NCBI RefSeq assembly: GCF_963676685.1
Contig: NC_092345.1
Coordinates: forward strand, 89,652,001 to 89,716,000
DNA length: 64,000 nucleotides
Direction: 5' to 3'
Source of the DNA: Mytilus edulis
Taxonomy: Eukaryota
Shown here: in pieces, positions 13,112-27,217 of the stretch
Layout of the letters: each line of letters starts with the position of its first letter
How positions within the stretch are numbered: position 1 is the first letter of the stretch
Made by a program: the position numbers and the translations under genes
The notes under the pieces: generated by a model
Seen by the model: only the letters and a program-made list of their open reading frames with translations
What the model was told of the DNA's origin: nothing
Databases searched by the model: none

Positions 13112-13850
13112 TTATAATGTCCATGAATTGTAAATATTAAACTGCAAATACTGTGCAAAAAGGGAGCATGCACTAAAAATGCCTGTCAATCCCAAAAACT
13201 TAAAGAAACTGGAAATGTTGAAAGTCAAAAATATTTAGTACTGAAAATAACATATTATTTATCGATACGTGGTAAATTTAAAATATAGTTATTTTCAACT
13301 CTCAAAATTAGATTTTGGTTGAAACTTGTTCATTCGATGGCAGATCTAGACAAGTGGTTTACCAAATTTCATTACGATTCAATGAGCGGTCATGTCCTTT
13401 TTTCTAATGATAATGTAAAAACACTTTTTTAACATTTATTTTAGTTTATTATCCTTTTAATTTATTGACGGTTTTCAATTCGCGGTAAATAATAAAATCT
13501 GTGACCGAAATATGTATTTAAACAAGCTGTGTAAAATAAGAAAGAATCATCATAGTTATAAAATTTTTGATAGGTTTTTGTTAAGTTATGATGCCATGAT
13601 TATATGTGGGAATTATATGTAAACACGTTACAGTTGTCTTTCTTCTTATACATAATCAGGCAATATACAGGAAAAACCCGTATATATACAATATGAACAA
13701 TATTGGGGTTTTTTTTCACGTATATATGTGTTATGATAACATATTAGAAAAATCTTGATATTTATAACATTCGTCAAAAAGTGATCGTAACAATTAAAAA
13801 TGCTATTTTTGCTTTACTTGTAATCTATGTTCTTGCTTCACTTCTGAGAT

Positions 13851-15030
13851 AAAAGAAACGACGGTCACCAAAGTCCAAAATAAATTGACAACGCCATGGC
13901 TGAAACATATACAATAGTACACAAATATTACACAAAAAATAACAGAGACAACTAAAGTCTGGACAACATATACGCCACAAAAAACGGGATGATCACAGGT
14001 GATTAAGAAGGGTCAGCAGATCCTGCTCAACTTGTGGCGCCTATCGTGTTGCTCATGTTATTACTTAATTAATTGACAGGTCACATTCAGGGAAAAGGGG
14101 ACGGGAGTGTAGTTACGACATTTGGAACATACCCACTCTAATGAGTGAAACGGACATTTCATATCAGTTAACCAACTCGTGATGGTGGCCGTAAAATTTA
14201 CCAAGGTAAGATTTCGACTTCACCACTTGGAACTCTTGGTTTAAAAACTTCTTGTGAGCAGCAGCCCTCTATCGATGAAATCATGATAGCAAATGCAAGA
14301 CCTGAAATATCGTATCAACTGGGAGATATATATTATGTATGCATGTGAAGCTGGAATGTTGTTACATAGGGATGAAAAGGTCCAAATTTGGAAGCTGAAA
14401 TCTTCTCTTTTGTCATAAAATTTTGTTTTCAACCGACCCTCATTGTCATGCAATTTCTAGATTCAAGTTAAGATAAGGCAAACTTAACTGGTGTATCCTT
14501 TATCGGACGTTCGATGGGATAGATGCGTTCAATATAGTCCCAAAACTTTAAATTAATTAGCGAGAGAACATTATCTGTAAAGTTCAAAACAACTTGAAGG
14601 ATCCTGCTTATTTCCCTTTTCCAAAATGTTTCTGTATGATATCAACCTGATTGGAATGAAGAAAAAAGTCGGCAAGAAGAGAGAAACAGTTGTTTCAAAT
14701 TTGAATGCCGATTGTTTGTTGAAAAACATATCATTCAAACGTTATATATATGTTGTCAATCACGACATCAAGCATCTTGTCAATGTTATTTTCAGAAAAT
14801 CAGTGTTTGAGTCAGAATGATTGTTTACAAAGTATGATTTATCCCTTTCTAATACAAGATACTTGTGTTTACGGTGGCCATTTTTACTTATGAAACAGAG
14901 TAGGGCCAATTCTTTCAATTTGTCTTTCAATAAGGAATTGGAAATACTTGTATAAAGTGTAGAACAGTCAAATAATTTAATACTATTGCATGATGGAAGA
15001 ATTTTAGATTATATGTTCTCTAAAAGATCG
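13851..15030 (-). mobile_element. Degenerate Penelope-like retroelement (RT remnant plus 3' repeat)
   Basis: ORF 14241-14453 GRLKTKFYDKREDFSF...YISQLIRY matches the RT C-terminal region of the copies at 43206 and 55789. Confidence 0.85.
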
Positions 15031-15769
15031 TTGGGTCTTTAACATATGATTCATTTAAACAATATATGGTATATTGAAATAGCGATTGTGTATTTTCTGT
15101 AATAAATTATCTGTTATAAAACAGAAATTTCAGTGGCAATACTCTATCATTTTTTCCAAATTCGTAGGATAAGGTTTCGGGAAGTGATGATAAAAATGTC
15201 TTTTCTTTTTCAGTTTTTCTTTACCCTTGGAATCGCTACGATGAGACGAGCAATGTTCGAATGGATTTTAAAACATGTTCTTATTTTGTGCTGCTTCACC
15301 AGTAGATGGGCGCCCGTAAACATGTTTAACCCCGCCGCATAATGTCTTTGCCTGTCCCAACTCGTAAGCCTGTAATTCATTGGTTGTCGTTTGATGCTTT
15401 ATGTCAAAACATATTCGTTTTTTATTTGTTGTTTTGTTTATAAATTAGTTCTTCAGGTTTCTTGCTTGGATTGTTTTGCATTAGTCATTTCGAGGGCTTT
15501 AATATCTTGCTATGCGATATGTTGCTAATCGCCGTACGGTTCCGTATATATTTTTACTTTTACTTTATTTAGTTTCGGTGAAGAGCTTTCTCATTGGCAA
15601 ACAAACACAATTTCCTTATTTGTATATAACAATTAAACGATCGAATTCATAAATGGGGAGATTGCAGAATTGTATTTCAAAAGTTAATCAAATCACTGTG
15701 ATCAAAATTGTGATTCTTTTACCTCATAACTTTCTTAACTTACAATTAAGAAAACCTCGAGTCTGTGAA

Positions 15770-16283
15770 AAAAATAGGGGCGAAAGATACCAGTGGTACA
15801 TTCAAACACATAGATCAAAAATAAACTGACAATGCCATTGCTAAAAAGGAAAAAGACAAAGAGACAAATAAATATACACAAGACTAAACATAGAAAACTA
15901 AAATCTAAGCAACACTGACCCCACCAAAAATTGGGATTGATATCAGGTGTTTTTGAAGGGTGAGCAGATCCTGCTCCAAATATGGCACCCTTCGTGTTGC
16001 TCATGGTATTACTAACCCAGTAAATAGTCTAGTTCGGAGTGTCACATTCGTGAAAAGAGAACGGGATGTACGACATAAGGAATATATTCGATATCGTTTG
16101 AGAGAAGGATATTCCATAACGTTCAACCAACTCATGATGGCGTCCGTAAAACTAACGAAGGTATGATTTCAACTTCACCATTTGGAACACTTCGTTTGAT
16201 AGCGTCTATTTGAGCAGCATTCCGTTATCAGGGAAATCATGATAGGAAATACAAGCTCGGAACATCGTATCAATTGGGAGATA
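15770..16283 (-). mobile_element. Penelope-like 3' fragment, interrupted by the 16284-18654 element
   Basis: Homologous to 55490-56085; resumes at ~18657-18685 (TCCGTATGCAGGCGCTGCTG). Confidence 0.8.
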
Positions 16284-18654
16284 CAGCCCGTAACAGAGTA
16301 GTGATCGAATTCGCGTTTCTTTACCGTCAGAATAAGTTACGTTATCGACAAACTTATTTCAGAAGTGACATAATTTAATTTTCTTCATCGACAAAATAGT
16401 TCATGTCCAACGTGTAAGTTTTCATTGTTAAGTCGAAGTTTTTTTAAACACAGTAAAACATTTTTTATAATCAACCTCTGTCATTGGCATTTTCATTTTA
16501 ACGGTAAAGGATCAAATACGGGATCTCCGAAATTTCTATCATTTGTTACGAGGAAATCATTATTCAATCGAACATATGTCTTTGTTCATGAGACATATTA
16601 TGAAATACAAAGGAGTTGAAATGATCAAATACTTTCGAACTGACGGAAACAAAAATACATAATCTAGAATGTGTGTTCTGTCATAAACAATGGCTTCGTC
16701 GTGCGAATCGACGAGATCATGTTACATGTAACTGATCTTAGCTGTAGAAACAGTTGGTGCGACCTCGATAAAATCTTTATCAATTTAATATAAGCGATAA
16801 ATATTCATGACTACAATGATAATGAATTTATTGGAGTCACATCCACTGTTTCTACTATAAACATGAACTCGTCGGTTAGTGCAATGAAGACACTTTTAAA
16901 GATTGAGATTGTTGGTTTATTCTTTACACCTTCGAGGTATTAAAATTATTTCAGTGTTTATTTAATTTAAAAGTTAAATTTATTTTGAAATCTCTTCTGT
17001 TTAAAATTGTCCAAACTTCCGTTTAAGATTTCTGTGGTAAACTATCTATTCTATAGTTCGGACCATTTTATAATCAATACCCTTTTGTACAAGAATACTT
17101 TCTTTATAGAAGTATAGATCTGCTGGTTATAGATTTTTTTTTATAATTATGAAAGAAATATTCATAATTCTCAGAAAGTTTTCATAAATATTGTAAGATA
17201 CCACTAATCGTTCCAACAATCTAGACAACAGAGACAAACAGGGAAAAAAATATGAAAATGAAAAGATATGACTTAAGTGTTAGCATGTTCAGGGAGACGG
17301 TACCCAATTTACAAAAAAATAATTGATGTTTTAAGGAACCGTAGAGGTCTCCACAGGTTTTCAACAAGGGTAGAATTCAAAACCTTGAATATGAAAGCCT
17401 CGAAATCCATGATACTTTTTCTGTGCGGTAGTTATATCTACAAAATCCAATCATGTACACGACATATAATACATGTATATTCATACATGTAAATTTATAT
17501 ATTGGGAATTTATTTTTGTTTCCAAACAGAATTATAAGGTTATGTATAAGTGCCTCCGTTCACTGCACAATTGTTAATTGTCTTCCTAAAGACCAGCAAA
17601 AATAAATGGCACAAGTTCACGTAGTCATAAAAAAAGTCGTATAGTTTACGTTATCGAACAAAAAAATCAGAAATACGGAATATTATATGTGAATGATTAG
17701 GAAATCCGTTTCCCCTACATGTTTTAAAAGTCAAAGAAAATGTTCCCTGATACAAACGTTTTAAGAACCAGCTTTGTGTAACCTATAGACAAATTCGACT
17801 GGATATAAGAAAGTTAATATGTTTACTCTGATTTGAATTAGAACTTTTTTTAGTAATTGAGAACCTATGTTGTTTATGGGTAATAGGTGAAATGTTGCAT
17901 GATCCCTCAAAATGACAGCAAGCGCAGTTTTCCGGACGATTTTCATTTGTACACTGCTAAAAACTGTCAGGTCCTGGCCATGGTATATTTTGGAGAAATT
18001 TATTTTTACTGATTTTTACTAAAAAAAAAATATTCTCTGTGTGTGCCTTTGGCAAGAAATAGTGTTGCTCGTTATTTTGTGATATTAAAAAATATTCTCA
18101 ACAAAATTTTCCCGTTTAAACTGTCCTAGAAAAAATTTTGGCATGTGAAACGGACTGAAACGGACGAAGACATATTCTAACAGAAGTACAAATACCAGTC
18201 CTCCCTTTTGTGTATACATATGAGAAAACATTTCAAAGTTATTGATTGAATTCAAATCCATCACACATACGGTACACATTGTAGTCCGAAAAAATAAAGG
18301 ACTTCATTCCTATCAAACGGCTTTTTAATTGTTTACCAGTAAATTTCTTTTAGTTTTCAAGACGTCCTTCCATAAATCTTTTTTTTTTTTCTGTTCTGAC
18401 TTTGAAGAAATGACTACTTTTCGCACAATCGAAATGGTGCATGGACATATTTTGTTTCATATTATCAGAGTTATTTTCAATATTATCGGTATTAAACTTC
18501 ATTATCGATACATGAAAGTTTGTCAGCATTGTCAATCTTTTTAACGTTAAAGTACCAAATATAGTTCGGTCACTACTCAATTAAGTTTGTCGATAACGTA
18601 GCTAATTTTGACGATAAAGAAACATCAATTCGATCACTTCTCTGTTACGGGCTG
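16284..18654. mobile_element. Non-autonomous Tc1/mariner-type element, ~2.37 kb
   Basis: ~75-bp imperfect TIRs CAGCCCGTAACAGAG...GTTATCGACAAACTTA; TA TSD; no intact transposase ORF. Confidence 0.85.
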
Positions 18655-18795
18655 TATTTAATCCGTATGCAGGCGCTGCTGAAACAATTCCGCAAGATTA
18701 AAAGAAACTGACAATTTGTTTATTCTGATTTTAAGAGAAACACATTTATCTCTTTAACTTTGTTCGTGTTTGGCTTTATAAATATTTTGATATGA

Positions 18796-18839
18796 GCGTC
18801 ACTGATGAGTCTTATGTAGACGAAACGCGCGTCTGGCGT
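18796..18839 (+). ncRNA. Type I hammerhead ribozyme with intact core, in a retrozyme-like repeat fragment
   Basis: GCGTCA-CTGATGA-GTCT(TATGT)AGAC-GAAA-CGCGCG-TC-TGGCGT: helix I, helix II, palindromic helix III, GUC site. Confidence 0.9.
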
Positions 18840-19085
18840 ACATAATTATAATTCTGGTATCTTTGATAACTTTTATCTCAATTGGTTTAATTTTTTATTC
18901 CTTTTCTGTCCTTGGGCAAAGCTAAAATTAAAATTAGCTTCAATTTCTTTATTTTCATATACGTAATTTATTCCAGCGACTGCATCTTACGATCCTTTAC
19001 GACAGATTATTCAGCTAAACTGAAATCAATTCCTTCTTCATGTCTGATACATCATGTAAAGTAATTTTATTACAACTCTGGATTC

Positions 19086-19250
19086 TACTGACGAGGAAAG
19101 GTGACACTGGACCATCGAAAGCCGAATTTTTAGTTTAATCTAGGTGGTCGAGTGGTCTAGAGCGCTGGAAACTGGCACGATATCCCAATAGTATGAGTTT
19201 GATTCCCTGCTCCAGCAAATTTGCAGATGTATCATTGTTGTGCTGATATG
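19086..19250 (+). mobile_element. Degenerate copy of the hammerhead-like + tRNA SINE at 1-241
   Basis: ACTGACGAGGAAAGGT...CGAAAGC followed by AGGTGGTCGAGTGGTCTAG and CACGATATC. Confidence 0.7.
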
Positions 19251-20244
19251 TGTTTTCTGACGTGTATCACCTTCACGGGTTATCCAATGGATGGAGTTGT
19301 CAATTGTCTAGACGTGCGTATATAAATATATTCCAATATATTTGGTTAAATTTTAACCCCCAAGACAACCCGAACACATTATATTTTCGATGGATATTGT
19401 TTATTGAAAAACATGTTAACTTCAAATTAATTATACATAAAAAAAATTTAGTTAATTCAATCGGCAGTTTGATTTTTTTACTCAGATGCATCGAAATACA
19501 GTCTCTCTTATCAAATGCTGCTGTGTTTCTGTTTTGCCAGACAATCGTTTCCGTTTGTCTGTTTATGTTAATGTTTAACGCATATAGTTGCAGTAGGGGT
19601 TAAAGGAAAAACGAATATAGTGTAGCAAAGGAATCTTTTAGATTTACTTTTTTTGTTTTTTATACGTAGTAATAAATATCAAGAACTTTATAATACATGG
19701 TGGGCAGTGCTTAATCACGTGATTAATGACTTGTCAAATTCTGTCACGACGTGTCTTTTTCCGGCCTGTTGTTTGACATTTTTTACGTTTTCAGACATTA
19801 GCCTTATCATATTTCATATCTATATTTTTTATGTCGGCAATTAATTTTTTTACTAGTACATGTATGGGTTAACTGTATGTACATGTAAATGTGTGACTAA
19901 ATACGCCAACAACAAAACATCAAAACTTGTGTTTTTCATACATTTAATATCTTCGGAAATATCTTTTTTTAAATATCATGACAGCTGTATCAAATAGTGA
20001 CACCGATAATTCCATATTGTTGTTTGGTTTTGCCAATCATCAGTTTTCATAACATAAACTTCTTTTCATACTCAGTATTTGAAAATCACTTTGTTCTTCA
20101 ATCCATTAAACCTTGTTGCTCAAAACTATTCTACCGTAAGTCGTTGACAATGCTTTGCATGTGCAGATATATTTCAAATGTTCTTATCAAATATTTAAGT
20201 TATTTTATTTTAACTACTACCTTATATTTATTATGAATGACGTC

Positions 20245-20330
20245 TCAACCTTTCGGAATTTTAGGTCCTCAATACTCATTGATTCGAACTTTAATTGAGC
20301 ATCACTGATGAGTCTTTTATAGACGAAAAA
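20245..20330 (+). repeat. Truncated retrozyme-like fragment (hammerhead 5' half)
   Basis: CACTGATGAGTCTTTTATAGACGAAA then homology ends. Confidence 0.7.
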
Positions 20331-21137
20331 TAATTGTCCGTTAAGGTTGCTGACTACCTGTATATATGTACAAATTTTATTACAAACAAGTTTTTTGCAT
20401 TGACATAAGTATCATGACGGAGTAAGAATATGATATATATTCGTAATATTTGTACGAGTAAGGTACCATTCACTGTACATTGCCTTTACAAAACGTTTTA
20501 AAGTTCTAAATTAAGAGAAAACTATAACATGGTGTCAAATATTTCAAGAATTCGTTTATGATTGATAAATTGCATTTAGAAAATTAATATATATGTCATG
20601 TACATTAGAATAATATTAAATGAGTTTTTGCCTGTTACATTTGATTGTCCAAACCACATCTGAATTTAGCTCTGAATCATTTTATAAGTGCTCCTCGTGA
20701 AGGTTATTCGAGAAACTCGTGATGTGTTAAATTTTTATAATCTTTTTTTAATTAGAAAAATAATAAATATGAATGTACAATGTATGTATGATAGTAAATA
20801 CGTTGATTATTAATAGTTACGGTTATATGTAGCAGCAATATATCTCCTACAGACCGCAACAAAATGTCAACTTGCAATAATACATCCTCTTAAACCAGTA
20901 ACGAATCAAATTCATGACGTCATCAGTGACAACATATGTGATTTTAAAAAGTTTGCAAACTGTGCTATGATACACAAATGTCATTGCAAGAAACCGTATT
21001 AATAGTTATTCTCGTAGAACATATGTATATATATATTAACAAAAATCAAGACTTTTACACCAACGTTCATGCAATAATCCTATAATATAGATCAGTCGAG
21101 AAAAGTATTATAAGGTAAAGAATTAGAGAAATATTAA

Positions 21138-21695
21138 GGTGGCTTGGGCCTATTCGAAGTTTCTATCAGAAGTGCCGTAATTTTTATTATTTCATTCTTT
21201 ACAGAAAGTGATTCAAATTGGTCGAAAAAAAATAGGGGGTCACGGACCATTTAAGTTCAAAATTTTACTTTTAAACAGGTATGTAAAAGGGACAATTTTT
21301 CAATGAAATGATAGGGAAAATAGAGGTGTTGACATATTTTTATCGGAATATCAAACAAACGTTCTATGACACATGGTCCAAAACTGTAATACAAAAAAGC
21401 TGAACTATAGCTTCAAAGGATTAGCAAATAAAAACCTAGGTTACCGATAAGGAAAAAAAAGATATTTTGCCTTATAACCCAAATGTTGGCCGGAAAATGG
21501 TGAAAATGGGTGAACTGTTATTTTGACCCTTTAACAAATACGGATAATAACGAAAATATTCTATTAGTCACATAATTACAATGATTAAACATTTCTAATC
21601 AATCAAAATATTTAAAAAAAAAAAATCGAATTCGCGACAAATACTTTTGTAATTCATGCGTGAAATTATGCGCAGTCGAATAGTCCCGAGCCACC
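21138..21695. mobile_element. MITE with TTAA TSD (Kolobok-like GG ends)
   Basis: TIR GGTGGCTTGGGCCTATTCGA / TCGAATAGTCCCGAGCCACC; TTAA on both sides. Confidence 0.85.
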
Positions 21696-21985
21696 TTAAG
21701 TGACGCTTTATAATTAGATTTTTATGCACGTAATTTATGTTTTATTATAACTGGTATATTATTAGGTCAATGATTTCGTATCAATAAATTACTTAAAACT
21801 TTTATTAATTTTTGATATAAAGATTTGGTTTTGAAATGTAGCCTTTACTGAATAATTCTATGAAAAGCGGCCGGTCATATCCTAATTTTAACGGTAAAAT
21901 TGTTTATAAAGCCTGTCGGTGGTTGCTGTCTGTCATATATGGTGTTCGTTGAATGCTTTGTCATATTAATATGAGGCAGGCATAA

Positions 21986-24787
21986 CCCAGACAACATGAG
22001 TATGTTGGCCCAACATTGGCACAATGTATATCATTAAATTGGCCCATCGTTGTATTTTAACGTTGGCCCAACGTATAAGTGCAAAGTGGGCCTACGTTGG
22101 CCCAACATGATGGCTTCATGTTGGCCCAACGTTGTACGGTTATATGCAATACATAGAGCCAACGTTGGCCCATTGTATGAAAAACGAAATCCATGTTGGC
22201 TCAACGTTGGACCAACGTAGAAATATCTTTTCTTATGTTAGCACTATGTTGGTCCAAGGTAGGTATTTCTCATTTTTATGTTGGCAATACGTTGGTCTAT
22301 TGTTTCAACCAAATTACGATGGATGCTGCATGAGGAGCTGTATATGATAAATACTCCGGAGCGCATTTGATCTTTTTTTTTGTTTTCCAAACTGCCAAAG
22401 TTTAAGGTAGCAATTCTGTATTTTTGTATTACCCATTGTTGTTACTGTCCTTGTTTTTTTCATGAACTTTGCCTCTTTAATTTTAGGCATTTTATTTATT
22501 GTGTGACGCTAAGATATTTCTTTGGCAATGTTTGATGGATCGACCAGATAAACTCTGTGTCATTTGGTGTCTTGTAAAGAGTTGTCTCATTAGCAATCAT
22601 ACCACATCTTCTTTTTTCATATCAATTTCATTTATTTCTTTAACAGAACAAATGACGTATGGCTTATGGTTAGGCGATTAAACAAATAGTTTTTTCGGAG
22701 ATGTAATTTTAGTTGTATTGGTTCCGGATCCAGAATGAAAATTAAATAATTCAGAAGATGAAACTTTATTTATTTTAAATTTAATATCATTGGTCGTCAC
22801 CACTATTAGTGTCCTCCTCAATTTGAACTTCAACAGTGTCATTATTATTTATAATTGTTATTCTTTTTTTCCCTTCTCTGTTTCTTGCCACCTTCTCTGT
22901 CAAGGCTTAAGCGCCGTCAATCTTTAGCTGCATCATCTATTTCCTTATCCGAAGACTCTTTACAGCTATGTTTTTTTCTAACCGACTCTGTAATAAAGTT
23001 ATAAGTAAACTTGAATTGCGTATTTGCCTAATGCATGCGTGCGTAATCTCCCTTCTAGATATGTAATATAAATTAATGTATATTCTAAATAGTTTAAACA
23101 CTATTTAATACAAAATAAAATCTTAAATAACCATTTTGTTTTATATTGCCATTTGGTTATTTGTCTAATGGTCAGAAATTCATTAGTATTAGACGGATTT
23201 GTGGGTATAACAAACCCTTATTACTATTATTTCAGAATTCGGTATCATGCTTTATATATTCGTAATATACATGATATATAAAGAATAATTTAGATGTGTA
23301 TTAATGAACAGTTATATATTTGATATATAACATGTATAAAAACACTGTTACACAAGTCATTCAAGTGTATATATGATTAGGTTTCACAAATATATCGTAT
23401 CTGTTTGCATGCGATAAACTAACAAATTCATTAATATTTTAATGAAGTTGAAATCATTATACCACATTTTTGAAAAAAAAATACGGAATAAGGTACATCT
23501 TAAGACAATTTTATTCCATTAACTTCAGTAATGATCATACATGTTGTGGTTATAGATTTATATATTTTACCATTTGTTTGAAGATACTAATGTTCAGTGG
23601 CAAATATTTCATGATAATTGATAAGATTGAAATGATTTAAAATCTAGAAAATATTTCGCCCGAAACGTATAATTTTCAAGATCAGCATTATAAAATGATA
23701 GAAATTAATATATGTTTTGATTTTTAACAACATCCCTCAGATTAAAAAATCATATGGTATTTGTCATTCTGAATCGTATATATATATCAGATTTTTTAAA
23801 GTTACAACTTACATGTTACTATATATCTTTCTCTTTGAATCTCAGATGACATGATTTTCTCTTTTTGTTTTCTTCGTATCGCTGCTTTCTTACAAATACA
23901 CAACAGGAAATAATCACAAAAGTGACCATCCCATTACATTCAGATTTCCTATAAACTTAATTACCATAGCAACTATCTTTGAAATTTGTCGAACATATGG
24001 TCAGCCATATCAGAATGGGCTTGATTAACAGACTGGCTGTATCAAATATCACTCTGCATATAATTGCTATTATTATGTTTCACAAAGTTTAATGAATAAA
24101 GTTATTATAAATAATGATTGCAATAAATTTTAATTTTTAACCAGGCAATCTATGTTTACGATATACATTTTTTTTATTACAGTAATGATATTCCAGTATA
24201 AATTTTACCTGACTTATATATAGAGTATAATATATAATCACGCAACGTTGGGCCAGTATTGGCCCAACATAGCGGAGTTGTAAATGTAATTTCAGTTGAT
24301 AAACACTTTCGGTATAACATTAACTTTTCATAAAGTCTGCTGCAATCGAAATTATCCGCCTCCCAATAGAAATAGAGCGTAAAATATGATATTATCAATT
24401 ATATTAACACAATTTCATATCGGCCCTATGTTGCTACTAACATAATGCCAACATTTGCCCGATTATTTATAACCAACATGAGATAATAATATGAATTTAC
24501 AACAACAGACCAACGTTGGGCCAATGTTGTGCAGCCGACATCAACGTGCGACCAATGTACCGACAATTTGCTAACGTTGGGCCAATGTTGTGCAGCCAAC
24601 ATAAACTTGCGACCAACGGACCGACAATTTGCCAACGTTGGGCCAATATTGTGCAGCCAACATAAATTTGCGACCAACGGACCGACAATTTGCCAACGTT
24701 GGGCCAATGTTGTGAAGCCAACACCAACGGTCGACCAACGGGCCGACCATTTGCCAACGTTGGCCCACTGTTAGTCTGTTGACTGGG
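21986..24787. mobile_element. Non-autonomous EnSpm/CACTA-like element
   Basis: Ends CCCAGACAACA / TGTTGACTGGG, AA 2-bp TSD, dense palindromic CCAACGTTGG subterminal motifs at both ends, ~61-bp tandem units at 24509-24770. Confidence 0.8.
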
Positions 24788-24796
24788 AACCTGTGA

Positions 24797-25250
24797 ATGG
24801 GGACGAAGTCTGTATGTATTATTTTTTTAATTCAATCACGTTGATAGAAGAAACCGAAATACCGTACGTAACGTGCCCGATTTTGATTCTGTTGTTAGGG
24901 AATATTAGCTGTGACTTTCTTTAAGTTATGACGTCATATTCGATGTAAACAAAAGAAACGCTTTCATCAGGTAACGTTTTTTCATATCAGACAATTATCA
25001 AAATTGAATTTGTATTGAGATCCAATCTTATATTTTACTAGACTGATAAATATATTTTTTTTCAATGTCTCATGCAAACAAGACAGATATCTGCGCAAAA
25101 GCGGAGAAAACCGGAACAGGAAGTAGATCTGAAAAAAAAGTTAACGATTTTGAGTTCATTAGTAGAATGAAAAATTCGGGAAATTTTCCCGATTTTTTTT
25201 TTTTTTTTTTTTATTGATTTTTCTACCGTAATTGGGGACTTCGTCCCCAT
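24797..25250. mobile_element. MITE
   Basis: TIR ATGGGGACGAAGTC / GACTTCGTCCCCAT. Confidence 0.7.
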
Positions 25251-25922
25251 ATAAACTGTTGATTTTTTTCTCGGGTGAATTACATTACATCATCTCATAT
25301 TTGTACCTCACTATAAGACAGTGACTTTGTTCATTTTAGAAGATTTGCACGGCTACATGAAAATCCTGAAAGTGACAATATTTGGTGGATAGTTGCCTAA
25401 TTAGCACATCTCCTTGTTTTAAATCGACTGAAAAAACAATACTTTTATAAACTACAAAGTTTATTAATAGATCTTAAATATGAATACCACTTTGTTTTTA
25501 AATTTAGACAATTTGGATGAGATTTTTGTTGAACTATACTTAAGTAAGAGAGAGACATTATATACAAGTAAAATCCAACAGAAGACATAACAAAAAGTAG
25601 AGATCAGAGTAATTGCTTATTGTTGTTGACCTTAAGATAGCGGTTAGTATATATAGAACATACGCGAATTGTAAAATAAAAATAGCATTTAATTTAAATA
25701 AAAAGTAAGTGGTTCCAAATTCATAAATTGCGCCCTCATAAATTGCCACGCTCTAATCGTGCTTGATTTATAATGAACTTGTTTTGTGTTTGTGTATTTT
25801 TATCGTTGAAATGAAAAGATTGTTTATTGTTTGGATTTTTTTTATATTTATAAAAACGATATGATGATATGAGAAGACAAAATATACATGTACTTAAAAT
25901 CAATTCAATCCAACAACAATAA

Positions 25923-26947
25923 TTACAATAAAAACGCCATTGGACTATTTTCAAAAAGTGTGGATCCTAGCTGAGATCTTACTTCTGAATTCATTGCTGA
26001 CATCGGCATACCCATTGACAACGCACCTGCACCACCCATTTCAGTCATTCTATCCTGCATTATTTCCTGAGCGTCACTTGCTCCTTCCTTCATGGCTATA
26101 CTCCTAAACATCATATTGTATGGCGATGTTTTAGAAGACGCTTGCCCAGATGTTGATGGGCTTTGTCTTAAAGTTGACATTTGCATACCATTAAATTGAC
26201 TATTAGAATTTTGTTGGGACATTCCATTATTATTAACACTTTTCCCGATGTTATTAAAACTGTGTCCGTTGTTATTAACACTTTGTCCGTTGTTATTAAA
26301 ACTTTGTCCGTTGTTATTAACACTTTGTACGTTCATAGACACACCGTTCCCACTGTTTGAACTTTTAGCTTGTAATGCTGATAGTCTCTGCATTAATTTT
26401 TGAAGAATGAGTCGTTTTTGTTCATCTATTTTAGAAAGAGATGGCGCACTTCCAGCCTGTTGTTTATTAACAGTTTTTAAATTGGATTGTGTAGACTCTG
26501 GATGTGTTAATTGAACACGAGGTTTTGGTTTCTCTGTCGGTAATGTTAGAGTCCTCACATGGGATTTATCTGGTGTCTTTGTTAGGGTTGTCGGATATGA
26601 TTCCGCTACAAACGAATTTCTGACAGTTCTTGGGTTCACACTTTTTAGTGCATTTCTTTCTCTTAAGAATGCGGTTATCGTTTCTAAATCCTGATCAAGT
26701 AATGGAGTATTCAGCTGTGCACTTGACTGACGAGATTTAGTACTAGTTGTTCGAGAAAATAAATCAAGCTTAGGACTGTTATTCGGTATTGTTTGACTTA
26801 ATCCCCGTAACTGTGGTGTTGACTTTTCTACTGGTGTGCTCACTTTTCTACTAGGAATCGATTCCAATATAGGTTTTCCAGATAATAAACTTAATAAATC
26901 GTAACTTTGGGAAGATATTCCATTTTGAGCAGGTTTGTAACTGAATT
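25923..26947 (-). CDS. Gene A last exon: Ser/Thr/Gln/Asn-rich region, (QSxNNNG)x5 and Met-rich C-terminus
   Basis: Long ORF; polypyrimidine tract + CTTACAG acceptor (phase 1, exon start 26947) or second AG 7 nt further (phase 2, start 26940); stop at 25923; AATAAA near 25823. Confidence 0.85.
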
Positions 26948-27217
26948 CTGTAAGAAGGGAAATAAAAAGTTTGGCTTCATAAACTTTAAATAAATCCAAC
27001 TACCTTTTACATTCTTATTTTCGTCGGTTTATCGAAGGATTTATTCATATAATTTCGAAGTGAAATTCACAGCTATTATCTTAACACAAATTTTCATGTT
27101 TGCCTTTTGAATATTTATTTGAATAAATTTTAATTTACAGAATAGTACATTTATTTGATTAAAATGTTTATATTGCATTAAATTATTAAATAGAGGATTC
27201 CTAGGTTTCTTTTTTTT

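Noticed and set aside
24426-24774. CRISPR-like array or overlapping ORFs
   Set aside because: Units repeat along their whole length with no unique spacers; they are subterminal repeats of the EnSpm-like element in a eukaryotic context
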